Assembly: GCA_019347695.1 (NCBI GenBank)
Contig: JAHWKT010000004.1
Location: forward strand, 9,616-69,042
DNA: 59,427 bases
Origin: Actinomycetota bacterium
GTDB lineage: Bacteria; Actinomycetota; Nitriliruptoria; Euzebyales; JAHELV01
Direction of reading: 5' to 3'
Position numbers and translations under genes: made by a program. Below are positions 29,091 to 38,058 of the stretch, one piece after another (position 1 is the stretch's first letter; each line of letters starts with the position of its first letter). The notes under the pieces were generated by a model. The model was not told the origin of the DNA and searched no databases. It worked only from the letters and a program-made list of their open reading frames with translations.

Positions 29091-30917
29091 TCACTCCGCC
29101 CCGCTGCCGCGACGCGACGACAGCGCGCGATCGAGGTTGAACGCCGCGGAGATGAGTGACAGGTGGGTTAATGCCTGCGGGAAGTTGCCGAGCAGCTCGC
29201 CGCGCGGGCCGACCTCTTCGGAGTACAGCCCGATCGGGTTGGCGTACGTCAGCATCTTGTCGAACACCAGGCGGGCCTCGTCGACCCTGCCCGCCCGGGT
29301 CAACGCCTCGACGTACCAGAAGGTGCACATCGAGAACGTGCCCTCGTCGCCACGCAGCCCATCGGGTGCCTGCTCGGGGTCGTAGCGGTACACCAGGCTG
29401 TCGCTGACCAGGACCCGCTCGATCGCGTCGAGGGTCGACAACCAGATCGGGTCGGTCGGCGCGATGAACTTGACCATCGGCATCAGCAGCACCGACGCGT
29501 CCACCGTCTGCGACCCGTAGTGTTGCGTGAACGCCCTCAGCTCGTCGTTCCACGCCCGGTCCATGATCTGGCGGTAGATCGCGTCGCGCGCCTTGCCCCA
29601 CCGACGCAGGTCGGCGGGCAGCCCGCGCTGTCGCGCCACACGCATCCCGCGCTCGATGGCGACCCACGACATCAGGCGGGAGTAGGTGAAGTCCGCGCGG
29701 CCGGCACGCGTCTCCCAGATGCCCTCGTCGGGCTGGTCCCAGTGGTCGCACAGCCAGTCGACCATGCTGGTCAGATCGTTCCAGTCCCGCGCGAACAGCG
29801 GGCTGCCGTACTTGTTGTACAGGTACACCGAGTCGATGAGCTCGCCGTAGATGTCCAGCTGCAGCTGGTCGGATGCGGCGTTGCCCACGCGGACGGGCGC
29901 CGAGCCCTGGTAGCCCTCCAGGTGGTCGAGCGTGGCCTCCGGCAGGTCCGCCTCGCCGTCGATGGTGTACATGATCTGCAGCGGTGGCTTGTCGCCGCCG
30001 GGGCTGGCCTGCACCCGGTCGGTCAGCCAGCCCATGAACGCGGCCGCCTCGTCGGTGAAGCCGAGCCGCAGCAGCCCATAGAGACTGAACGCCGCGTCCC
30101 GGATCCACGTGTAGCGGTAGTCCCAGTTGCGTTCCCCGCCGAGCTGTTCCGGCAGGCTCGTGGTCGGGGCCGCGATCAGTGCGCCGGTCGGAGCGTACGT
30201 CAGCAGCTTCAGGGTGAGTGCCGAGCGGTGCACCATCTCCTGCCACCGCCCGCGGTAGCGGGACTGGTCGAGCCATCGCCGCCAGAACATGACGGTGTCG
30301 TCGAACGCCGCTCGCGTCCGTTCCTCGCTGTATGCGGGCGTGGCCTCGTCGTCGTCGCACTCGACGAGCACGAACGTCGCCGTCTCGCCGTCGTCCAGCG
30401 TCAGCTCGGTGCGCAGTCCGGCCTGCGTTCGCTCCAGCGGCCGAGCCGTCGACAGCGTCAGTGTCGGTCCGTCGCCGCTGCACCGCGCGCCCTGGTCGCT
30501 CAGGTCGAATCGACAACTGCCGCGGCCGTAGTCGGGCCGCGGTTCGAACGTGCACACCATCGGCATGCGGCCCCGCACGCAGTGGATGCGCCGGACGAGC
30601 CCGTGGTGCCCGTCGATGCCGCCGACCGGCATGAAGTCCTCGATCTCGGCGACGCCGTCGTCGCTGGAGAACCGGGTGAGCAGCACCGCGGTGTCGGGCA
30701 GGTACAGCTGGCGGCTCGTCCAGTTGTCTCCTTGAGGCGACAACGCCCAGTAGCCGCCACGTCGGCGGTCGAGCAACGCCGCGAACACGCTGGGTGCGTC
30801 GAACCGGCCGGGGCAGTACCAGTCGATCGTGCCATCCGACGCCACCAGCGCAGCGGTCCGCATGTCGCCGATGAGCCCGTGCTCGGCGATCGGCAAGTAG
30901 CGGTCGAGCTCGGTCAT
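29091..30917 (-). CDS. glycoside hydrolase family 15 (glucoamylase/trehalase-like)
   Basis: 608 aa from MTELDRYLPIAEHGLIGDMRTAALVASDGTIDWYCPGRFD. Motifs: NWDYRYTWIRDAAF and the C-terminal FPQALTHLSLI. Confidence 0.9.
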   Translation of the reverse strand: MTELDRYLPIAEHGLIGDMRTAALVASDGTIDWYCPGRFDAPSVFAALLDRRRGGYWALSPQGDNWTSRQLYLPDTAVLLTRFSSDDGVAEIEDFMPVGGIDGHHGLVRRIHCVRGRMPMVCTFEPRPDYGRGSCRFDLSDQGARCSGDGPTLTLSTARPLERTQAGLRTELTLDDGETATFVLVECDDDEATPAYSEERTRAAFDDTVMFWRRWLDQSRYRGRWQEMVHRSALTLKLLTYAPTGALIAAPTTSLPEQLGGERNWDYRYTWIRDAAFSLYGLLRLGFTDEAAAFMGWLTDRVQASPGGDKPPLQIMYTIDGEADLPEATLDHLEGYQGSAPVRVGNAASDQLQLDIYGELIDSVYLYNKYGSPLFARDWNDLTSMVDWLCDHWDQPDEGIWETRAGRADFTYSRLMSWVAIERGMRVARQRGLPADLRRWGKARDAIYRQIMDRAWNDELRAFTQHYGSQTVDASVLLMPMVKFIAPTDPIWLSTLDAIERVLVSDSLVYRYDPEQAPDGLRGDEGTFSMCTFWYVEALTRAGRVDEARLVFDKMLTYANPIGLYSEEVGPRGELLGNFPQALTHLSLISAAFNLDRALSSRRGSGAE

Positions 30918-31053
30918 CGGTCCCTCGAGCCTCGGGCCGTGTGCGCCACGGCCCGGTCGTGTCGTCGATCGCGGGTGCGCGGGTGAACATCCCGGCCCGC
31001 GGGCAGCGTTGTACCTGACACTGTGCCGCACCGGCGTCCCACGTGACCTGTCG

Positions 31054-32271
31054 ATGGGCGCGGCAGGATGGTCCCAGACGAAAGGGACCGCCGTGATCGA
31101 CGCCAGCGAGCTGTATCACCTCGACGACATGCTGACCGACGACGAGCGGGCGGTCCGCGACCGCGTCCGCGACTTCTGTCGCACAGAGGTCCTGCCGATC
31201 GCGAACGACCACTGGGAGCGCGGGGCCTACCCCCGCGACCTGCTGCCGAAGTTCGCGGACCTCGGCATCGCCGGCGGGACGACCGAAGGCTACGGGTGCG
31301 CCGGGCTGTCGCCCGTCGCCAACGGACTGGTGTCGCTCGAGCTCGCCCGCGCCGACGGCAGCGTGTGCACACTGTTCGGTGTGCACTCCGGGTTGGCCAT
31401 GGGCACGATCGCGATGCTCGGTTCCGACGAGCAGAAGCAGCGCTGGCTGCCGGCGATGGCCGGGATGGAGCGCATCGGTGCGTTCGCGCTGACCGAACCC
31501 GACCACGGGTCGGACGTCGTCGCGCTCGAGACTCGTGCCCGGCGCGACGGCGACGAGTGGGTGCTCGATGGCCAGAAGCGGTGGATCGGCAACGGCAGTG
31601 AGGCCGATGTGATCGTCGTCTGGGCGCGTGACGACGACGACAACGTCGGCGGCTTCGTGGTCGATCACCCGGAGGGGGGCAGGCTCGATGGGTTCTCGTC
31701 GTCGGTGATCACCGGCAAGACCGGCAACCGCGCCGTGTGGCAGGCCAACCTGCAGTTCGACGGCGTTCGGATCCCCGCCGACCATCGCCTCGTCCACGCG
31801 GAGACGTTCGCGGACACGTCGACGTTCCTCGCCCACAGCCGCCAGGGCGTGGCGTGGGAGGCACTCGGCCACGCCGAGGCCGCCTACGCCTACTCGTTGG
31901 AGTACGCGCTGGACCGCAAGCAGTTCGGCCGCCCGATCGCCGGGTTCCAGCTCATCCAGGACAAGCTCGCGCGCATGCTGGCCGAGATCACCAGCATGCG
32001 GCTGCTGTGCATGCGCCTCGCGGAGCTGCAGGCGCAGGCCAAGGACTCGCTGGCGGTGTCGTCGCTGGCCAAGCTGCACACCGCGAGCGGCGCCCGACGG
32101 GTGTGCCAGGACGCGCGCGACCTGATGGGGGGCAACGGCCTGCTGCTGGAGTACCAGGTCGCGCGCCACCTCGCGGATGTCGAGGCGACCTACACCTATG
32201 AGGGCACCGACACGGTCCAGGCGCTCATCGTCGGGCGCGAGATCACCGGACTCCAGGCGTTCGCCAACTGA
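31054..32271 (+). CDS. acyl-CoA dehydrogenase (glutaryl-CoA dehydrogenase-like)
   Basis: ACAD motifs FALTEPDHGSDV, KRWIGNG and YEGT.T. The start is uncertain (ATG 31054 or GTG 31093). Confidence 0.9.
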   Translation: MGAAGWSQTKGTAVIDASELYHLDDMLTDDERAVRDRVRDFCRTEVLPIANDHWERGAYPRDLLPKFADLGIAGGTTEGYGCAGLSPVANGLVSLELARADGSVCTLFGVHSGLAMGTIAMLGSDEQKQRWLPAMAGMERIGAFALTEPDHGSDVVALETRARRDGDEWVLDGQKRWIGNGSEADVIVVWARDDDDNVGGFVVDHPEGGRLDGFSSSVITGKTGNRAVWQANLQFDGVRIPADHRLVHAETFADTSTFLAHSRQGVAWEALGHAEAAYAYSLEYALDRKQFGRPIAGFQLIQDKLARMLAEITSMRLLCMRLAELQAQAKDSLAVSSLAKLHTASGARRVCQDARDLMGGNGLLLEYQVARHLADVEATYTYEGTDTVQALIVGREITGLQAFAN

Positions 32272-32306
32272 CGCCCACCCATGTCCCCGAGTTCCTGCGC
32301 GCCCGC

Positions 32307-33484
32307 GTGGTCGACGAGCAGCGTGCCCTGACCGAGGCGGTCCGCACGGGGACGCGCATCGGGTCCGGCCTGGGCACGTCGGAGCCGAGCCGGTTCTACG
32401 CCGGCCTCTGGGACCACATCCGGTCGGCGGATCTGCACGACATCGAGATCCGCCAGGCGCTGTTCATGGCACCGCACCCCCTGCTGGTGGGCGACGCGAT
32501 CGCCGCTGCGCAGGCCGCGGCCGACGCCGACGATGACCCCGAGGGCCTCACGGAGCGGGCGACCCACGCCATCGAGTCCCGACTCGACGACGCTGCCCGA
32601 CTGCGGCACCTGCGCGACCATGTGGAAGCACTGCAGGCCCGCGGCATCCGGTTCGTCTCGGCGTTCATGGGACCGGCGACCAACCGCATCGTGCCCGCCA
32701 CCGCGACCACGCGCCTGCTCGCCCCCGATCTCGCGGGTCGCAACCTGGCGACCGCGGGCATCATGTCGTGGCAACCGGTGCACTTCCCCGACGCCGTCGC
32801 CCTCGGCCACGAACCAGGCTCCGACGCGCCGGCGGCAGACCTGTTCGTGTACGTCGTCACGCCGCCCAACCCGGACGATCGGGTGAGCTTCGGAGCTTCC
32901 AACGGTGCCGATGGCGACATCGTCGGTCGCGTCCTCGATCGCCACGACATGACACTGCTGCTCTACGTCAACGCGCGGAACCCGTGGATCGACGGGTTCG
33001 AGTTCGCACCGAACGACTTCGACCTGCACCGACTCGAGCCACTTGCCCGCCAGGATCGCATGTGGCTCGTCGTCGACGACAGCGACCTGCCGGGCCTGCC
33101 ACCCGGCACGTTCTCGTCCGCGTCGGACGTCGAGCAGCGCATCGCACGCCACGTGGCCGACCACATCGGCAACAACCTCGACCACACCGCCGAGCGCGCG
33201 CTGCAGATCGGCATCGGCGGGACCGGCGCGCAGATCGCCCACCGGCTGCCCGACACCGGATGGCGCGGCCGGCTGTACACAGAGATGCTCGACCCGGTGA
33301 TGCTCGACCTCCTCGACGCCGGTGTCGTGGCGGGCTCCCACATCGTGCACCACGGCGTGCGCGACGATCTCGACGATGTCGTCGTCGCGACGTTCGCGAT
33401 GGGCGCCTGATCGGTATCGCTGACCCGGAGTTCCGCGACGACCTCGCCGCTGACGCGTGGGCGCACTTCCGCGTGCGTGTCTGA
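32307..33484 (+). pseudogene. acetyl-CoA hydrolase/transferase (4-hydroxybutyrate CoA-transferase-like) with large internal deletion
   Basis: The N-terminal domain and the start of the C-domain (LQIGIGGTG...YTEMLDP...VVATFAMGA) end at the stop at 33410. The family's C-terminal tail LIGIADPEFRDDLAADAW follows at once in another frame, with a stop at 33484. About 130-150 codons, including the catalytic Glu region, are missing. Confidence 0.65.
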
Positions 33485-33532
33485 CCGACGGCCCAGGCGT
33501 CCGGCGGGCGGACAGAACGGTACCGTCCATGG

Positions 33533-34789
33533 GTGGCCACCACCGCATCGACCGTCGTCACCGACGAGCGCACCGTCAGCGAGCTGCTGACCGACCCGAC
33601 GTTCGGCCGCTACTTCGCCGGCAACCTCATCTCCAACTGCGGGAACTGGATCCAGAACGTCGCCGCCGCGACCGCCGTGTTCTCGATCACCCGCTCGGCC
33701 ACCCTGACGGGTGTGGTCTCCGGCGCCTTGTGGCTCGGGGCGTTGGTGCTCCAGCCCTACGCGGGTGCGGTCAGCGACCGTGTGGACCGCCGCCGGATGC
33801 TGCTGGCCGGGCAGTCGCTGTCGCTGGCCGCCGCGACCGTGCTGGCGGCGTGGACGGTCGCCGTCGGCCTCGAGGGGCTGCCAGGGCCCTGGCCGATCAT
33901 CGGCGTCACCGTGGTGATCGGGATCGGCAACGCCATCTCGATCCCGGCGATGCAGGCGCTGGTGCCGGCGTTGGTGCCGCCGGCCGACCTGGAGCAGGCG
34001 ATCGCGCTGAACTCGGTGACGTTCACGTTGGGCCGGGCGGTCGGTCCGGCGTTGGCGGCCGTGATCCTGCTCGTCGGGGGACCGACGCTGGGGTTCGTGG
34101 TCAACGCGGGCACCTACCTGCCGTTGGTGATCGTGCTGCTGGTGATCCGGCAGCGCGATGTCGCCCGTGCGGGCGACTTCGACGGCTCGGTTCGCAGGGT
34201 CCTCCGGCTGGTGCGCGCCGACCGGCGCCTGCTCGTCCTGCTGGCGGCGACCACGGCGATCGGCTGGACCAGCGACCCGATCAACACGCTCACGCCCCCG
34301 ATGGCCGCGATGTTCGGTGCCGGTGATGCGCTCGTGGGAGTGTTCGTCGGCTGCTTCGGCGGCGGCGCGGCGCTGCACAGCCTGATCCTGCGCCGTGTAC
34401 GGAGTCGGCTCGGGCTCGAACGGCTGGGGGTGTACGGACTCACGGGCTTCGGCGTCGGCATGATCCTGTTCGCGGTGAGCCCGACACCGTGGCTGGCCGG
34501 GGTCGCGCTGGCACTGGCGGGCATGGCGTTCCTCGGCGCGATCACGTCGGTCACCACCCGTATGCAACGGGGCATCGACGAGGACGTGCGCGGCAGGGTG
34601 ATGGCGCTTTGGGGCGTGACGTTCCTCGGCAGCCGTCCGATCGCGGCGCTGATCGATGGCGGACTGGCGGACCTCACCGGGCCACGGTTGGCGACCGGCC
34701 TTGCCGCGTGCGTCGCGCTGGCAGGTGCGGCGCTCCTGGCATGGGACGGCCGCGTGGCGGCGGCACCGCGGAGGAACGGCGCCGGATGA
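33533..34789 (+). CDS. MFS transporter (MFS_3 / EntS-like)
   Basis: 418-aa ORF with about 12 TM helices. Motifs: FGRYFAGNLISNCGNW and SDRVDRRRMLL. Confidence 0.88.
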   Translation: MATTASTVVTDERTVSELLTDPTFGRYFAGNLISNCGNWIQNVAAATAVFSITRSATLTGVVSGALWLGALVLQPYAGAVSDRVDRRRMLLAGQSLSLAAATVLAAWTVAVGLEGLPGPWPIIGVTVVIGIGNAISIPAMQALVPALVPPADLEQAIALNSVTFTLGRAVGPALAAVILLVGGPTLGFVVNAGTYLPLVIVLLVIRQRDVARAGDFDGSVRRVLRLVRADRRLLVLLAATTAIGWTSDPINTLTPPMAAMFGAGDALVGVFVGCFGGGAALHSLILRRVRSRLGLERLGVYGLTGFGVGMILFAVSPTPWLAGVALALAGMAFLGAITSVTTRMQRGIDEDVRGRVMALWGVTFLGSRPIAALIDGGLADLTGPRLATGLAACVALAGAALLAWDGRVAAAPRRNGAG

Positions 34790-34834
34790 CCGCGCCGCGT
34801 ACGCTGCGGACCGACGCGCGACAGGAGGCCGCGG

Positions 34835-36004
34835 ATGGGTGAACCGATCGACCCGCTCGATCCTGTGGGTGTCGACGAGCTGTTGCGCGACGACGAGCGG
34901 TCGTGGCGTGATCGCACGCGGGCGTTCGTCGCCGACCACGTGCTCGCCCACGTCGAAGCGTGGCACGATGCCGAGACGTTCCCCGTCGAGCTGGTGCGGC
35001 CGATGGGCGATCTCGGCCTGCTGGGCATGCACCTGCAGGACCCGGGGTGCGCGGGGGCGTCGGCGGTCTCCTACGGCCTGGCCTGCATGGAGCTCGAGGC
35101 CGGCGACAGCGGCCTGCGCAGCTTCGTGTCGGTCCAGGGGTCGCTCGCGATGTATGCGCTGTCGCGTTTCGGGTCGGACGCGCACCGCGGTGCGTGGCTG
35201 CCGCGCATGGCCGCCGGCGAGGCGATCGGCTGCTTCGGCCTGACCGAGCCGACGGCGGGCAGCAACCCCGCACAGATGCGAACCTCGGCGCGGCGCGACG
35301 GCTCGGACTGGGTGCTCGACGGGCACAAGCGGTGGAGCACCAACGGCATCGTCGCCGATGTCGCCATCGTGTGGGCGCAGACCGACGACGGTGTCCGCGG
35401 CTTCGTGATCCCCACCGACACCGACGGCTTCTCGTCGACGCCGATCACCGGGAAGCGTTCGCTGCGGGCCTCCGCCGCGTCAGAGCTGCACCTCGACGAG
35501 GTCCGGCTCCCGGCCGATGCCGTCCTGCCCGATGCCATCGGCATGGGCGGACCGCTGAGCTGTCTCAACGAGGCGCGCTACGGCGTGCTGTGGGGCGCGC
35601 TGGGCGCGGCACGCTCGTGCTACGCCGCGGCCCTCGAGCATGCGACCTCACGGGAACAGTTCGGCCGGCCGATCGGCGGCTTCCAGTTGACGCAGGCCAA
35701 GCTCGTCGACATGGCACTCGAACTGGTCAAGGGCACCCTGCTCGCGCTGCACCTGGGACGCCGCAAGGATGCCGGCGAGCTGGCCCATCAGCAGACGAGC
35801 GTCGGCAAGCTGAACAACACGCGTGAGGCGATCGCGATCGCCCGCACCGCCAGGGGGATCCTGGGCGGTGACGGGGTCACCGATCGGTTCCCGGTCATGC
35901 GTCACATGCAGAACCTCGAGTCGGTGCTCACCTACGAAGGCACCGAGGAGATGCACACGCTGATCCTGGGCGAGACGATCACAGGGCTGCGGGCGTTCAC
36001 GTGA
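34835..36004 (+). CDS. acyl-CoA dehydrogenase (glutaryl-CoA dehydrogenase-like, second paralog)
   Basis: 389-aa ORF with FGLTEPTAGSNP, HKRWSTNG and TYEGTEEMH. It is colinear with the gene at 31054. Confidence 0.9.
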   Translation: MGEPIDPLDPVGVDELLRDDERSWRDRTRAFVADHVLAHVEAWHDAETFPVELVRPMGDLGLLGMHLQDPGCAGASAVSYGLACMELEAGDSGLRSFVSVQGSLAMYALSRFGSDAHRGAWLPRMAAGEAIGCFGLTEPTAGSNPAQMRTSARRDGSDWVLDGHKRWSTNGIVADVAIVWAQTDDGVRGFVIPTDTDGFSSTPITGKRSLRASAASELHLDEVRLPADAVLPDAIGMGGPLSCLNEARYGVLWGALGAARSCYAAALEHATSREQFGRPIGGFQLTQAKLVDMALELVKGTLLALHLGRRKDAGELAHQQTSVGKLNNTREAIAIARTARGILGGDGVTDRFPVMRHMQNLESVLTYEGTEEMHTLILGETITGLRAFT

Positions 36005-37347
36005 GCGGGCCGGGTGCAGGCAGCTCGGCGGCCGGATGGTCGATCAACGCGATCGCCCGCGCCTACCGCACCGGGCAGCTGTCGCCGGTCGATGTGACCG
36101 AGACATGCCTGCAACGCATCGAGCAGGTCGACGCCGAGATCGGCGCCTTCGCGACGGTCGTGGCCGAGCGCGCCAGGGCTGATGCACGGACCGCCGTCTC
36201 CGAGGTCCGCCGCGACCGCGACATGCGTCGTCCGTTGCTCGGCATCCCGATGGGCGTCAAGGACATCGTCGATGTCGCCGGCGTCCCCACGGGCGCCGGC
36301 TGCCCGGCCGCCACCGTGCCCGATGCGGCCGCCGACGCCACGCTGTGGCGGCGGCTCGCCGACGCCGGCGCGGTGCTGATCGGCAAGACCTCGACCCACG
36401 AGCTGGCCTACGGCGTCGCGACCCCGTTCACCCGGAACCCGCACGACACCACCCGCATGCCCGGCGGCTCGTCCGGCGGGTCTGCGGCGGCGCTGGTCGC
36501 CAACATGTGCGTCGGTGCCGTGGGGACCGACACCGCCGGCTCGATCCGCATCCCCGCCGGGCTGTGCGGCGTGGTCGGGTGCAAGCCGACCCGTGGACTG
36601 GTGCCGACCGACGGCATCCTGGCGCTGGCGCCCACCCTGGACCAGCCCGGCCCGATGGCGCGGTACGTCACCGATCTGCTGCCCCTGCTCGCGGCGATGA
36701 CTGATCTGCCGATGGCGCCGGAGCTGATCGAGGTCCCCGGCCTGCGCGTGGGCCTGGCCACCAACGGCGCGCTGTGGTCACGCGACGTCCGGGCCGCGTT
36801 CGACAGTGCCGCCGGTGCGCTCGCAGACGCCGGCGCCCGCGTCAGCGAGGTCGACGTCCCATCGTTCGCCGACGCGGTGTGGTACGCGGACCGCATCATC
36901 GGCGTGGAGGCCGGCGTCGTCCACGCCAAGCTGCTGGCCACAGCGGGCGACGATCTGAGCGAGACGACGCGGGCCAAGCTCGAGTCGGCAACCCGCGTCG
37001 ACGGGCCGACCTACTACCGTGCGCTCCGCCACGCCGCGTCGGTCCGCGATGGGTTGGATGCTGCGCTCGACGACACCGACGTCCTGCTCGCTCCCGGTGT
37101 CGCCACGACCGCGCCGGAGCACGGCGCGACGTCGGTCGACATCGACGGCACGACGCACCGTCTGAGCCGTGCGTTGTGCTGGAACACCGCGGCGCTCAAC
37201 ATGGCGGGGCTGCCGACGGTCGCGCTGCCGGCCGGTGCCGGCGACGACGGCCTGCCGGTCGGCGTGCAGCTGATCGCCCGGGCCGGCACCGACGCACGCC
37301 TGCTGTCGACCGCCGCCGCCGTCGCCTCACTGTTCGGCGACGCCTGA
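36001..37347 (+). CDS. amidase (amidase-signature family)
   Basis: The GTG overlaps the upstream TGA (GTGA). Motifs: GIPMGVKDIVDVAG and the GGSSGGSAAA signature. Confidence 0.9.
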   Translation: MSGPGAGSSAAGWSINAIARAYRTGQLSPVDVTETCLQRIEQVDAEIGAFATVVAERARADARTAVSEVRRDRDMRRPLLGIPMGVKDIVDVAGVPTGAGCPAATVPDAAADATLWRRLADAGAVLIGKTSTHELAYGVATPFTRNPHDTTRMPGGSSGGSAAALVANMCVGAVGTDTAGSIRIPAGLCGVVGCKPTRGLVPTDGILALAPTLDQPGPMARYVTDLLPLLAAMTDLPMAPELIEVPGLRVGLATNGALWSRDVRAAFDSAAGALADAGARVSEVDVPSFADAVWYADRIIGVEAGVVHAKLLATAGDDLSETTRAKLESATRVDGPTYYRALRHAASVRDGLDAALDDTDVLLAPGVATTAPEHGATSVDIDGTTHRLSRALCWNTAALNMAGLPTVALPAGAGDDGLPVGVQLIARAGTDARLLSTAAAVASLFGDA

Positions 37348-37387
37348 ACCCGCCGTTCGAGGTCCCGGAGCCGTACCGTGTGGCGCC

Positions 37388-37867
37388 ATGGCTGATGGTC
37401 CGACGACGCCGGCGACGCTCGCGCTCGACGCGGCCGGGGTGGCCTTCCGCGCGCATCCCTACGAGCACGCGCCCCGTGCCGACAGCTTCGGTCTGGAGGC
37501 CGCTGTTGCGCTCGGTGTCGAGCCTGAGCGGGTGTTCAAGACACTGCTCGCCGAGGTCGACGGCGAGCTGGTCATCGGCATCGTGCCGGTGACCGCCCGG
37601 CTGCACCTCAAGTCGCTCGCCGGTGCCGCCGGCGGCAAGCGCGCGATCATGGCTGATCCCGCAGTCGCCGAGCGCCGTACCGGTTACGTGGTCGGCGGCA
37701 TCAGCCCGATCGGCCAGAAGCGCTCGCATCGGACGGTCGTCGATGAGACCGCCGAGCTGTTCGACACGATCTTCGTCTCGGGCGGCCGCCGTGGCTTCGA
37801 CGTCGAGCTCGCCCCGGCCGACCTGGTGCGCATCACCGACGCCACCCTGGCAGACATCGCTCGCTGA
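37388..37867 (+). CDS. ybaK: Cys-tRNA(Pro)/Cys-tRNA(Cys) deacylase YbaK
   Basis: 159-aa ORF with VFKTLL, TGYVVGGISPIGQKR and FVSGGRRG. Confidence 0.85.
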   Translation: MADGPTTPATLALDAAGVAFRAHPYEHAPRADSFGLEAAVALGVEPERVFKTLLAEVDGELVIGIVPVTARLHLKSLAGAAGGKRAIMADPAVAERRTGYVVGGISPIGQKRSHRTVVDETAELFDTIFVSGGRRGFDVELAPADLVRITDATLADIAR

Positions 37868-37870
37868 TCG

Positions 37871-38047
37871 TCACCGGTGCTCTCGCTTGACCGCGACCAG
37901 ACGCAACGTCAGCGCCACGATGGTGACGGCGGCGATCGTCGTGATCAGTGGCAGCCATCCTGGGAAGGCCACGATCAGCACCGCGGCGATCGGACCCGGA
38001 ACCAGGATCGCGTAGGGCAGCAACCGCAGATCGGGATCGTCGCGCAT
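37871..38047 (-). CDS. small membrane protein (58 aa)
   Basis: Translated by hand as MRDDPDLRLLPYAILVPGPIAAVLIVAFPGWLPLITTIAAVTIVALTLRLVAVKREHR. GC3 is very high, there are two TM helices, and it lies directly downstream of the S9 peptidase. It falls below the ORF-track length cut-off. Confidence 0.45.
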   Translation of the reverse strand: MRDDPDLRLLPYAILVPGPIAAVLIVAFPGWLPLITTIAAVTIVALTLRLVAVKREHR

Positions 38048-38058
38048 CACGTCCCAGG

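Noticed and set aside
28648-32169. 1173-aa minus-strand ORF, the longest in the track
   Set aside because: It is an Arg/Pro/Gly/Ala-rich open frame running through the GH15 gene in a different frame and antisense to the acyl-CoA dehydrogenase, so it is a GC artefact. Only its last 25 or so codons coincide with the middle frame of the K+ channel relic.
32963-35326. 787-aa minus-strand ORF
   Set aside because: It is antisense to the MFS transporter and flanking genes. It is Arg/Pro/His-rich with no motifs.
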